64,000 nucleotides of DNA, taken from an uncultured Bacteroidota bacterium. Its GTDB lineage: Bacteria; Bacteroidota; Ignavibacteria; Ignavibacteriales; Ignavibacteriaceae. The translations under genes were made by a program, and so were the position numbers. The stretch spans positions 471,451 to 535,450 of the forward strand of contig CAWCUK010000004.1 in assembly GCA_963798775.1 (NCBI GenBank), in the 5' to 3' direction. How positions within the stretch are numbered: position 1 is the first letter of the stretch; each line of letters starts with the position of its first letter. The notes below the pieces were generated by a model, which did not search any database, was not told where the DNA came from, and saw nothing but the letters and a program-made list of their open reading frames with translations. Of this stretch, positions 31,071-40,125 are shown one piece after another.

Positions 31071-31304
31071 TTTTATCTTAATCTTATCATCTAATAAATG
31101 ATTATTTATTTTTACCGGTCGATACATTTTATCGGGAGAGTTTTTTCCTTATTTTTTATTGTTAATTTTCAATTTTAAGGAAATATTCAAAAAAAAATGA
31201 GTTTAAAAACTACGATTACAAAAACACCTTATCTCGGCCACGCGGTTCTCGCATTATTTAGGGCAAAAACTGCCGCGGAATATTTTTAAAAACCCGCTGC
31301 TAAT

Positions 31305-32030
31305 TTGGCCAAATGGTTAGTCAATTCTAAAGAAACAACAAATTTTACTTATGATCTGGAGCCGGATAATAAACATTATCTTGCCTCTTTAATTGCTGAT
31401 ATAACAAACACTCCCATTGAAAAGGTTCTCAATTATATAAATGAAATTGAGGAAGACAATGAACTTAAACAGCATATAATTGACGCGGTAAAAAGGGGAG
31501 AAAGAAGCTTTGTCGCTGACAAGGAAGTACGGTTCGGAAGGAGAATCGGTTGGTATGCATTTGTACGAATTATGAAACCTAAAGTAGTAGTTGAAACCGG
31601 TGTTGACAAAGGACTTGGTTCCTGCGTTTTAACAGCCGCGATTAAAAGAAATATTGAAGAAGGTTTTGAAGGCGAATATTTCGGAACGGATATTAGTCCC
31701 CTTGCCGGATATTTTTTATCCGGAACTTATGCTAATTACGGAAAAGTTTTATACGGAGACTCGATTGAATCTTTAAAAAAATATAATGGTAAAATTGATT
31801 TATTTATTAACGACAGCGATCATTCTGCGGATTATGAAGCAAGGGAATATGAGTGTATGGTGGAAAAGCTTTCGGAAAACGCTGTTATTCTTGGCGATAA
31901 TTCTCATTGTACAGATAAACTTTATCAATTTTCTTTGAAGTATAAAAGGCATTTTATCTTTTTTCAGGAAAAACCGCGGCAGCATTGGTATCCCGGTGCT
32001 GGTATCGGGATTTCTTTTAAGAGAAATTGA
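31305..32030 (+). CDS. Class I SAM-dependent methyltransferase (Methyltransf_24-like)
   Basis: SAM-binding motif VVETGVDKGLGS and a downstream DLFINDSDHS motif. The ORF-track start is TTG. An ATG at 31197 is in the same frame but separated by a TAA at 31287-31289. Confidence 0.65.
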   Translation: MAKWLVNSKETTNFTYDLEPDNKHYLASLIADITNTPIEKVLNYINEIEEDNELKQHIIDAVKRGERSFVADKEVRFGRRIGWYAFVRIMKPKVVVETGVDKGLGSCVLTAAIKRNIEEGFEGEYFGTDISPLAGYFLSGTYANYGKVLYGDSIESLKKYNGKIDLFINDSDHSADYEAREYECMVEKLSENAVILGDNSHCTDKLYQFSLKYKRHFIFFQEKPRQHWYPGAGIGISFKRN

Positions 32031-32127
32031 TTCGCTGGATTTTCTTTTTCTTTGGTAAAGGCTTTAAAAAAATAATTCCGGAAATTCTAAATTAAAATTC
32101 CCGGAATTTTTCCCGCTGCAAAGTTTA

Positions 32128-32334
32128 TTACTTTTTCTTGCTTTTATCTTTTACATCAACAACAATTTTATCTTTATTATAAACAGAAACTTCAGGATCA
32201 AATCCTCTTACACGGAAGGGAGTAAATCCTTTTAAAATATCTTTCGGCATTTGCCCGGTTTTTTTTCTGTATAAAACCGAACCTCTCTCTCCCATATGTC
32301 TTAGTACTCTATGATCTCTTTCTTCTGAATCCAT
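32128..32334 (-). CDS. Hypothetical small basic protein (68 aa)
   Basis: ORF with a Lys-rich tail and no family I recognise. A decayed partial copy at 30956..31070 shows the sequence has a history as a gene-sized unit. Confidence 0.5.
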   Translation of the reverse strand: MDSEERDHRVLRHMGERGSVLYRKKTGQMPKDILKGFTPFRVRGFDPEVSVYNKDKIVVDVKDKSKKK

Positions 32335-32405
32335 ATAAAACCTCGGCTTTTTTTCAACAATTAATAATAAAGAAGAATAATGAAACTGTTTGTGAATATT
32401 CGCAA

Positions 32406-32630
32406 CTAAGACTGAATATCTCTTTTCATTTGCTCAAATTGTTCTTTGGTAATTTCTCCCTTAGCGTATCTAAATTTTAGTATCTCTAAAGGATCGTCAA
32501 ATCCTTTATTAGGTGTTCTTGAATTGGATTTATTTTTAGAATCTAAAACAAGCCATATTACGAGCACTAAAATCACTATCCAAAATATCCCGCCGAACCA
32601 AAAACCGTCCATTCCAAAAAAATGAAACAT
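32406..32630 (-). CDS. SHOCT-domain small membrane protein
   Basis: One N-terminal TM (FWFGGIFWIVILVLVIWLVL) and a C-terminal LEILKFRYAKGEITKEQFEQMKRDI matching the SHOCT motif. Confidence 0.65.
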   Translation of the reverse strand: MFHFFGMDGFWFGGIFWIVILVLVIWLVLDSKNKSNSRTPNKGFDDPLEILKFRYAKGEITKEQFEQMKRDIQS

Positions 32631-32799
32631 AATTCTCTCCCGGTTTTATTAATTATAATAAATTAGACGCTGAATTAAGCTCATAGGTTTAAATTCGGGA
32701 AAATATCATTCAATAGCACTTAAAAAGTTATAATTTTTTATTTAAGTTTCCGATGGTAATTTTCCATAAAGTTTTTCAAAATAATTCATTAGGAATAGT

Positions 32800-34305
32800 A
32801 TGAAAAATCCAGTAACTCCTTTTCTGAAAAATTCTTTTCTCTTTTTATTAATTTCGATTTTTACCGCCGGCTGCGCTTCATCATCTAAAATTTCTGAAAA
32901 TTCATTTTCGGATTTACAACAGAAAATAGATAATAGATTTAACGATTCTCTGTTCGCGCATGCTCATTGGGGAGCTTTAATAAAATCATTAAAAACCGGG
33001 AAAGTTTGGTACGAAAGAAATTCAAACAAAATGTTTATGCCCGCTTCTAATGAAAAAATATTAAGCGGTTCCGCCGCGCTTGTTACTCTTGGTCCCGATT
33101 TTACTTTTACAACCGATCTTTGTTATAACGGCGAACTTGCTGACAGCGTCTTAAAAGGTGATTTAATTGTCTTCGGAAACGGCGATCCAACTCTTTACGA
33201 GAGATTTCAAAAAGATTCCCGCGACCTTTTTTATAGCTGGGCTGATTTATTAAAGAGTAGGGGAGTAACTAAAATTACCGGAAATATTATCGGCGACGAC
33301 AACGCTTTTGATGATGAAAACTTAGGCGGCGGCTGGTCGTTTGATGGTTTGGATGTCTGGTATTCAGCAGAAGTCGGCCCGCTTCAGTTAAACGAGGATT
33401 ATGTTGATATTACTGTAATTCCTCCTTCTGATAAAAATGGTGAAGTAGAAATTATTCCTAATCTACCGAGTAAATATTACAATATTGTGAATAATTTGAC
33501 TGTCATCGACACCGGCCGCGCTCATTTTAATTTTTCACGCGCTTACGGCACAAATACTATAGTTTTTGATGGTACAGTAAAAGCGGGAAGCGGAAAATTT
33601 GTTGTTTCTCCTTCAATTACTAATCCAACTTTGTTTTATGTAACTGTTCTTAAAGAAGCATTAGAAGAAAAGGGAATAACTGTTGGAGGAAATTCTGTTG
33701 ATTGTGATGATATTCCAAATTGGAATCATAAAGCGGAAGATTTTCCTATTCTGGATGTTCATCATTCTCCCAAATTAATAGATATTTTAACCGGAATGCT
33801 CAAGAGAAGCCAAAATCTTTACGCCGAAACTATGCCGAGAATTCTTGGCTGGAATGAAACTGGTTTAGGTTCTTTCGGAAACGGCAAAAAGGTTGTTGAA
33901 CGGGTTCTGCGGAATTTCGGCGTTGAACCGGGAACGTATCAGTACGTTGATGGAAGCGGACTTTCCCGCTATGATTATGTTAGTCCTGAAGAGCTTGTTA
34001 AAATTTTAACCGGAATGTACAACAGCCAATATAAACAGCTTTGGTATAACGCGCTTCCGGTTGCCGGAGTTGACGGAACTTTAAGAAATAGAATGAAAGG
34101 AACTAAAGCTGAAGGAAATGTTCACGCTAAAACCGGTACAATTTCTAATGTTAGAGGACTTTCCGGGTATGTGAAAACAGCCGGCGGGGAAGAACTTGTT
34201 TTTTCTTTTCTTGTAAACGGGCATTTATTATCTTCTAAAGATACTGAAGATATTACCGATTCTGTTTTGGAATTAATTGCTGATTATCAAAACAATGAAG
34301 ATTAA
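32800..34305 (+). CDS. dacB: D-alanyl-D-alanine carboxypeptidase/endopeptidase, PBP4 family (second paralog)
   Basis: Lipoprotein-like signal (FTAGC). SxxK in PASNEKILSGS, DGSGLS, and HAKTGTISNVRGLSGY. 501 aa. Confidence 0.85.
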   Translation: MKNPVTPFLKNSFLFLLISIFTAGCASSSKISENSFSDLQQKIDNRFNDSLFAHAHWGALIKSLKTGKVWYERNSNKMFMPASNEKILSGSAALVTLGPDFTFTTDLCYNGELADSVLKGDLIVFGNGDPTLYERFQKDSRDLFYSWADLLKSRGVTKITGNIIGDDNAFDDENLGGGWSFDGLDVWYSAEVGPLQLNEDYVDITVIPPSDKNGEVEIIPNLPSKYYNIVNNLTVIDTGRAHFNFSRAYGTNTIVFDGTVKAGSGKFVVSPSITNPTLFYVTVLKEALEEKGITVGGNSVDCDDIPNWNHKAEDFPILDVHHSPKLIDILTGMLKRSQNLYAETMPRILGWNETGLGSFGNGKKVVERVLRNFGVEPGTYQYVDGSGLSRYDYVSPEELVKILTGMYNSQYKQLWYNALPVAGVDGTLRNRMKGTKAEGNVHAKTGTISNVRGLSGYVKTAGGEELVFSFLVNGHLLSSKDTEDITDSVLELIADYQNNED

Positions 34306-34400
34306 CGACAGCAGTCTTTTCCTTTACTTGCTTTCTTAAATTTTTTATAAATGAAGAAAATCATTATTGCTAAAATTACAACCCAAACTAAATAAACCAT
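34302..34400 (-). CDS. Possible 32-aa Cys-tailed membrane peptide (resembles FeoB-associated Cys-rich membrane proteins)
   Basis: Not in the ORF track because it is under 60 aa. MVYLVWVVILAIMIFFIYKKFKKASKGKDCCR has one TM, a Lys-rich linker and a C-terminal CC. Its stop overlaps the dacB-paralog stop on the other strand. There is no clear RBS. Confidence 0.3.
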   Translation of the reverse strand: MVYLVWVVILAIMIFFIYKKFKKASKGKDCCR

Positions 34401-34442
34401 TTTGTTTTTCTTTTTCTTAATACATGTATTTCTTATAAAGTA

Positions 34443-34477
34443 AACTTCAGAGGCTTTTAATTCAAGCCTCTGAAGTT
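34443..34477. terminator. Strong hairpin downstream of the metal-efflux operon (minus strand)
   Basis: AACTTCAGAGGCTT (34443-34456) pairs perfectly with AAGCCTCTGAAGTT (34464-34477), loop TTAATTC. It lies 9 nt beyond the stop of the YHS gene. Confidence 0.55.
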
Positions 34478-34485
34478 ATAATCAC

Positions 34486-34854
34486 TTACTTTCCTAAAAA
34501 CTCTTGTCCGTCTTCACTTAAATTTTTAGAATATTTCTCCGGGTTATTACTGAATTTCTTATCGCATCCCTTGCAGCAGAAACCGTAATTCTTTCCGTTA
34601 TACTTAACTGTTGCTACTTCAGTATCCACTTCTTCGCCTCTTACCGGACAATATTTATTAAACGGTTTTGTATCGGAAGTTTTCATTTTTGCGTCACTAG
34701 CTTTTGAACAGCAGTTATCCATTTTCATATCACATTCTGTTTTTACATCTTTTTTTATTATTTCTTTCTTGCTCTGCGCGAATGATGAAGAGAACATAAA
34801 TATGAATAATAATACGGCTGTTATCCCGGCAATCTTAAATGAAGATTTTTTCAT
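34486..34854 (-). CDS. YHS-domain metal-binding protein, secreted
   Basis: Signal peptide (SSSFA|QSK). C-terminal KYCPVRGEEVD...KYNGKNYGFCCKGCDKKFSNNPEKY matches the YHS domain. Confidence 0.7.
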   Translation of the reverse strand: MKKSSFKIAGITAVLLFIFMFSSSFAQSKKEIIKKDVKTECDMKMDNCCSKASDAKMKTSDTKPFNKYCPVRGEEVDTEVATVKYNGKNYGFCCKGCDKKFSNNPEKYSKNLSEDGQEFLGK

Positions 34855-34878
34855 TGTTTTTCCTTTTTAGTGATTTTG

Positions 34879-35220
34879 TTACATGTTTGAGTTATTGTAA
34901 TTAGCTTGTGCTTTTTCTACTGAAACTTGCTCTAAATCCATCCCGCATTCCGGGCAGCTTCCGGCTTCATCCGATATTACTTCATAGTCCATCTGGCATT
35001 GGTAAACGTTTCCGTCATTATTCGAATCAATATTCGCCACATCAACATTTCCGCGCCGAATTATTGATGAATCAACCGCTGCTTCTGTTTTTTGATGATT
35101 CATATTCATATTGTTATTCATTGTGCCTTCTGTTTTCTGCTCGTTATTTCCGCATCCGGCGGCAATAAATAATAATCCGGCTGCGATTAAAGTTTTTGAA
35201 AATAAAAGTGTCCGTTTCAT
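34879..35220 (-). CDS. Heavy-metal-binding-domain (HMBD) lipoprotein
   Basis: Lipobox (FIAAGC). C-terminal NIDSNNDGNVYQCQMDYEVISDEAGSCPECGMDLEQV is a DxNxDG loop followed by the CxxC-type HMBD seen in CusB-type adaptors. Confidence 0.7.
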   Translation of the reverse strand: MKRTLLFSKTLIAAGLLFIAAGCGNNEQKTEGTMNNNMNMNHQKTEAAVDSSIIRRGNVDVANIDSNNDGNVYQCQMDYEVISDEAGSCPECGMDLEQVSVEKAQANYNNSNM

Positions 35221-35239
35221 TTTTTCTCCTTTGATTAAA

Positions 35240-38200
35240 TTAAAAGTTCTGAGCTTGCGGAAGCTCTTTTGAGTTTATTATTCTGTTTACTTCACGTTTT
35301 TTTATCGCGTAATAAATTGCCGGGTAAACCGTCAATTCCATTATCATACTTGTTATTATTCCGCCTACCATCGGGGCCGCTATTCTTTTCATTACATCCG
35401 AACCCGTACCTAGGCCGATTATTATCGGGAATAAGCCGAGCAGCGTGGTCATTACTGTCATCATTTTGGGACGAATTCTTTTTACCGCGCCTTCAAATAT
35501 AGCGTCTTTTAAATTGCCGATATTATTGAATAATCCTTCTCTTTTGAATCGCTCATAAGCAATATCAAGGTAAAGAAGCATTACTACTCCGGTTTCGGCG
35601 TCCACTCCCAATAAGGCAATTATTCCAACCCAAACGGCTACGCTTAAATTAAATCCGGCAAGATATAAAAACCAAACCGCGCCGACGAGAGAAAATGGAA
35701 GCGCGAGCAGTACTATGCCCGTCTTTACCATTGAGCGCGTATTTAAATAAAGCAGTATAATTACAATTAATAAAGTTAAAGGAATTACCAGCATTAAATG
35801 ACTGCTTGCTCTTTCCATGTACTCATATTGTCCGCTCCATTTCAAAGAATATCCCGGCGGAAGTTTTACTTTTTCGGAAACTGTTTGTTTGGCTTTTTCT
35901 ACATAAGTTCCAACGTCAGTATTTTCAAGATCGACATATACCCAGGTATTAGGGCGGGCGTTTTCTGATTTTATCATCGGCGGCCCCTTCTTTACTACTA
36001 TGTCGCCAAGTTCATTTAAAGGAACATTACCGCCGTTTGAAATAGGAACAAGTACTCTTTTTAAAGCTTCCAGGTTTTCCCTGTAATCCCGCTGATATCT
36101 TAAATTTACCGGGTATCTTTCCAGTCCTTCTACCGTTTTTGTAATATTCATTCCGCCAACTGCCGACATAAAAACATCCTGAACATCTCCAACTGTTAAT
36201 CCATACCGGGCTATCGCGGTTCTGTCAATATCAAAATCAACATAATTTCCTCCGACAGATCTTTCCGCGTAAGCGCTGCGTGTTCCCGGAACTGTTTTTA
36301 CCGCTTCTTCTACTTCTTTTCCTAATTCCTGTAATTTATTTAAATCCGAGCCGGCTATTTTTATTCCTACCGGAGTTTTTATTCCGGTCGAGAGCATATC
36401 AATCCGGGTTTTTATAGGCATCGTCCAGGCGTTTGTTAACCCGGGAATCTGAATCGCGTTATTCATCTGATCAACCAACTTTTCGGTAGTCATTCCTTCC
36501 GGCCACTCATCTTTCGGTTTTAATCTTATTGTTGTTTCAATCATTGAAAGAGGCGCTGGATCGGTAGCTGTTTCGGCCCTTCCTATTTTACCGAAAACAC
36601 TTTCTACTTCCGGAAATGACTTAATTATTTTATCAGTCTGCTGAAGAATTTCTCTCGCTTTGGTAATTGATATGCCGGGTAATGTTGTAGGCATATAAAG
36701 CAAATCGCCTTCATTTAAAGGAGGCATAAATTCTGAACCCAAACGGTTGAAAGGAATTATTGTAACTAATATTATTACCAATGCCGCTCCCATTACCCAC
36801 CATCTTCTGTTCATTACAAAACCGACTACCGGCTGATAAAGTCTTACAAGAAATTTTGTTACAGGGTTGTTTTCTTCTTTTTTCATTTTTCCGCGCACAA
36901 AATATCCTAAAAGCACCGGAACAATTGTAACCGCCAAAATAGCCGCCGCAGCCATCGAATATGTTTTTGTAAACGCCAACGGCTTAAACATTCTTCCTTC
37001 CTGCTGTTCTAACGTAAATACCGGAAGGAAGGATATGGTTATTACTAATAGTGAATAAAATATTGAAGGTCCCACTTCCTTTGCCGAATCAAGAATAATT
37101 TGCCAGTGCGCCCGCCTTTCTGCAATAGGCTTGTCCTGCTCACCCGCAAGATGAGTGTGAGCGTTTTCCACCAGCACAATAGACGCGTCCACCATCGCGC
37201 CGATCGCTATCGCGATTCCTCCTAAAGACATAATATTGGCATTAATACCCTGCAATTTCATAACTAGAAAAGCCGCTAAAACCGCGGTTGGAAGTGTAAA
37301 TATCGCCACAAGTGAACTGCGGATATGTAGAAGAAAAAGTATTATTACTAATGCTACTATTATTGTTTCTTCGGTAAGTTTTCCCTTTAGATTTTCAATC
37401 GCGCTCTCAATCAAAGTTGAACGGTCGTATGCGGTTTTTATTTCTACTTCCGGAATTGATTTCTCAAGTTCCGCGAGCCTGGCTTTTACTCGATTTATTA
37501 CAGCGAGCGCGTTTTCTCCGTATCGAATTATTATTATGCCGCCGACTGTTTCTCCCTCTCCGTTCCAATCCGCTAAACCGCGCCGCAGTTCCGGCCCTAT
37601 AGTAACATTGGCAATATCAGTTAAATAAATCGGTGTTCCGGTTTTGGGTGAATTTCCTATAACTACATCTTTTAAATCGTTGAGATTTTTAATATATCCA
37701 AGCCCCCGCACCATATATTCCATTTCACCCATTTCCAAAAGCCTGCCGCCTACATCATTATTGCTTCTCTGTATTGCCGTTTTTACTTTTTGAAGCGGTA
37801 TGCCGTAATACGCGAGTTTGTTCGGATCAACATTTACCTGGTATTGTTTTACAAATCCGCCAACGCTCGCTACTTCCGAAACTCCCGGAATGGAAGTCAA
37901 TTCGTATTTCAAAAAATAATCTTGAATTGACCTTAATTCCTGCAAATTTTTGGTCTTTGATTGAAGCGAATATTGATAAACCCAGCCTAAACCGGTTGCG
38001 TCCGGGCCTAACTGCGGATTAACGCCTTCCGGCAGGACTCCCCGCATTCCATTTAAATATTCCAGTACACGGCTTCGCGCCCAGTAAATATCTGTTCCGT
38101 CTTCAAAAATTATGTAAACCATTGAAACACCGAACATTGAATATCCTCGTACATCCTTTGCGTACGGAACGGAAAGCATTTTTGTAGTTAACGGATATGT

Positions 38201-38425
38201 TACCTGGTCTTCAACTATCTGCGGGCCTTGTCCCGCATAATCGGTAACTATAATTACTTGTACATCGCTTAAGTCGGGAATGGCGTCTACAGGCGTATTC
38301 AGCATTGCCCAAACACCGCCGAGTATAAGCGCGCAGGTAAGTATTATTACCATAATTTTATTATTAATTGACCATTCAATTAATTTTGAAACTAAACCTT
38401 CTTTTTTTGATGAATCTTGTATCAT
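35240..38425 (-). CDS. CusA/CzcA-family heavy-metal efflux RND permease
   Basis: 1061 aa with 12-TM RND topology. N-terminus LIEWSINNKIMVIILT and motifs GGIAIAIGAMVDASIV and VDAETGVVMLLYLD are typical of the HME-RND family. Confidence 0.9.
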   Translation of the reverse strand: MIQDSSKKEGLVSKLIEWSINNKIMVIILTCALILGGVWAMLNTPVDAIPDLSDVQVIIVTDYAGQGPQIVEDQVTYPLTTKMLSVPYAKDVRGYSMFGVSMVYIIFEDGTDIYWARSRVLEYLNGMRGVLPEGVNPQLGPDATGLGWVYQYSLQSKTKNLQELRSIQDYFLKYELTSIPGVSEVASVGGFVKQYQVNVDPNKLAYYGIPLQKVKTAIQRSNNDVGGRLLEMGEMEYMVRGLGYIKNLNDLKDVVIGNSPKTGTPIYLTDIANVTIGPELRRGLADWNGEGETVGGIIIIRYGENALAVINRVKARLAELEKSIPEVEIKTAYDRSTLIESAIENLKGKLTEETIIVALVIILFLLHIRSSLVAIFTLPTAVLAAFLVMKLQGINANIMSLGGIAIAIGAMVDASIVLVENAHTHLAGEQDKPIAERRAHWQIILDSAKEVGPSIFYSLLVITISFLPVFTLEQQEGRMFKPLAFTKTYSMAAAAILAVTIVPVLLGYFVRGKMKKEENNPVTKFLVRLYQPVVGFVMNRRWWVMGAALVIILVTIIPFNRLGSEFMPPLNEGDLLYMPTTLPGISITKAREILQQTDKIIKSFPEVESVFGKIGRAETATDPAPLSMIETTIRLKPKDEWPEGMTTEKLVDQMNNAIQIPGLTNAWTMPIKTRIDMLSTGIKTPVGIKIAGSDLNKLQELGKEVEEAVKTVPGTRSAYAERSVGGNYVDFDIDRTAIARYGLTVGDVQDVFMSAVGGMNITKTVEGLERYPVNLRYQRDYRENLEALKRVLVPISNGGNVPLNELGDIVVKKGPPMIKSENARPNTWVYVDLENTDVGTYVEKAKQTVSEKVKLPPGYSLKWSGQYEYMERASSHLMLVIPLTLLIVIILLYLNTRSMVKTGIVLLALPFSLVGAVWFLYLAGFNLSVAVWVGIIALLGVDAETGVVMLLYLDIAYERFKREGLFNNIGNLKDAIFEGAVKRIRPKMMTVMTTLLGLFPIIIGLGTGSDVMKRIAAPMVGGIITSMIMELTVYPAIYYAIKKREVNRIINSKELPQAQNF

Positions 38426-38455
38426 TTTTTTTATCTCCGGAGTTAAAGGTGAATA

Positions 38456-40123
38456 TTATAACACAACCGAAAAGCCGTGATTAAGTAAATTATTTTTAGC
38501 TTCTTCAAGTGTTAATTCCTTTAACTTCATATTGCATAAAACGCATCTGCCCGGCTCATCCGATATTACGTTCCAATCCATCATATCTTGATAAACTTTT
38601 CCGTCATTGTTTTTATCAATTTTTTTCAGATTTATTTTCCCGTGCCGAACCATCGAAGAATCTGTTTGCTGATGATTCGCCGAATCATTCATTTCCATTT
38701 CTCCGTTATTCACTTTTGGCATTACGTCTTTGCCTTCTTTATTAGGCATTGGGGCCGGATCACTTGTACTTCCGGCAAACTGATTTAATGCCGCCTTTAA
38801 ATTACTTTCTGAATCAATTAAGAATTGAGCCGAAGTTACTATTTTATTCCCCTCGCTTATTCCATTTAAAACCTGGTAATAACCTTCGGAGTAACTTCCT
38901 AATTCAACCTGCTGTGGTTTAAATTTACCTCCTCCGAGAGCGATAATTATTACATCTTTATTTCCGCTTCTTATTACCGCGTTTTCCGGTACTACAGGAA
39001 AGCTTCCTAAATCTTTTCCCTCGATTAAAACATTCGCGTACATTTCCGGTTTTAATTCTCCTGAAGAATTATTAACATCTATTCTAACTTTTACTGTTCT
39101 GCTTTTCGCGTCGAGTGTGGGATATATAAATGAAACTTTTCCCGGATAAGTTTTTCCCGGCAAATAATTAAATTTTATTTCCGTTTTCGCGCCTAACTGA
39201 ATTTTTCCTAATTCATTTTCATATATATCCGCGGTCAGCCATAGTTTTGATAAATCCGCTATCTGAAGTAGGGGAGAGCCGGCTGTAACTTTTTGTCCCT
39301 CTATTACATTTTTCTGTAATACAGTCCCCGAGTTCTGCGCGTAAAGTGTGACGTTGGTTCTTACATCTTTTGTTTTTTCAAGACGCTCAATTTCTCTATC
39401 GGAAACTTGTAATAGCTGAAGTTTCTTTACAGCGTTTTTTACCAGCTCATTTCCGCTCTTATTTACGTCAGAAAAATTTGAATTGTTTACGGATTCTTGG
39501 TAGGAAAGCGCGGTAAGTAATTCCTGCTGCGCGGCTACAAGTTCGGGAGAATATATTTCCATCAGTTTATCTCCTTTACGAACTTTCTTCCCGGTGTAAT
39601 CAACATATAATTTTTCTACCCAGCCGTTTACGCGTGTTGTTACTATCGATTCTTTTGTCTCATCCGTAGTTAACGCGCCGTTCGTGGTTATTCTTGAATT
39701 CAAATCTTTCTTTTCTACGGTTACTGTTTTTATGTTCATATTCTGTACTACCGCGGGATCTATTTTTACTATGCCTTCGCTTCCGGCTTCTGCTTCGTAT
39801 ACCGGGACTAAATCCATTCCCATTTTTGATTTTCCCGGATGATCATAAATTTCATTGGGATCCATCGGAGCGCGCCAGTATATTATTTTCTTTTCTCCAG
39901 TATTTGCGGTTTTATTTTTTATCGGTACCAGCTTCATTCCGCAAATAGGACAGTCGCCCGGTTCTTCCGAAATTATATCAGGATGCATTCCGCAAGTGTA
40001 CAATTGTTTCTGCGCGGTTTCGGTACCGCTGCCGTTTGATTTAAAATCTATAAAACCGTAAATAGCCGCGCCCAATAACGCTATGGCTAATATGCTTAAT
40101 ATTATTATTGTTTTCTTTTTCAC
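38456..40123 (-). CDS. Efflux RND periplasmic adaptor (CusB-like) with HMBD modules at both termini
   Basis: N-terminal YTCGMHPDIISEEPGDCPICGMKLVP (HMBD). Central membrane-fusion-protein barrel/lipoyl pattern. C-terminal KIDKNNDGKVYQDMMDWNVISDEPGRCVLCNMKLKE is a second HMBD-like module. Confidence 0.85.
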   Translation of the reverse strand: MKKKTIIILSILAIALLGAAIYGFIDFKSNGSGTETAQKQLYTCGMHPDIISEEPGDCPICGMKLVPIKNKTANTGEKKIIYWRAPMDPNEIYDHPGKSKMGMDLVPVYEAEAGSEGIVKIDPAVVQNMNIKTVTVEKKDLNSRITTNGALTTDETKESIVTTRVNGWVEKLYVDYTGKKVRKGDKLMEIYSPELVAAQQELLTALSYQESVNNSNFSDVNKSGNELVKNAVKKLQLLQVSDREIERLEKTKDVRTNVTLYAQNSGTVLQKNVIEGQKVTAGSPLLQIADLSKLWLTADIYENELGKIQLGAKTEIKFNYLPGKTYPGKVSFIYPTLDAKSRTVKVRIDVNNSSGELKPEMYANVLIEGKDLGSFPVVPENAVIRSGNKDVIIIALGGGKFKPQQVELGSYSEGYYQVLNGISEGNKIVTSAQFLIDSESNLKAALNQFAGSTSDPAPMPNKEGKDVMPKVNNGEMEMNDSANHQQTDSSMVRHGKINLKKIDKNNDGKVYQDMMDWNVISDEPGRCVLCNMKLKELTLEEAKNNLLNHGFSVVL

Positions 40124-40125
40124 TT

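Noticed and set aside
37236-37628. 130-aa plus-strand ORF. The same applies to the many 60-113-aa ORFs nested antisense in long genes, e.g. 229..423, 3664..3955, 6045..6347, 29950..30291 and 49428..49664
   Set aside because: All are fully contained in, and antisense or out of frame to, long ORFs with clear family signatures. None shows a recognisable motif.
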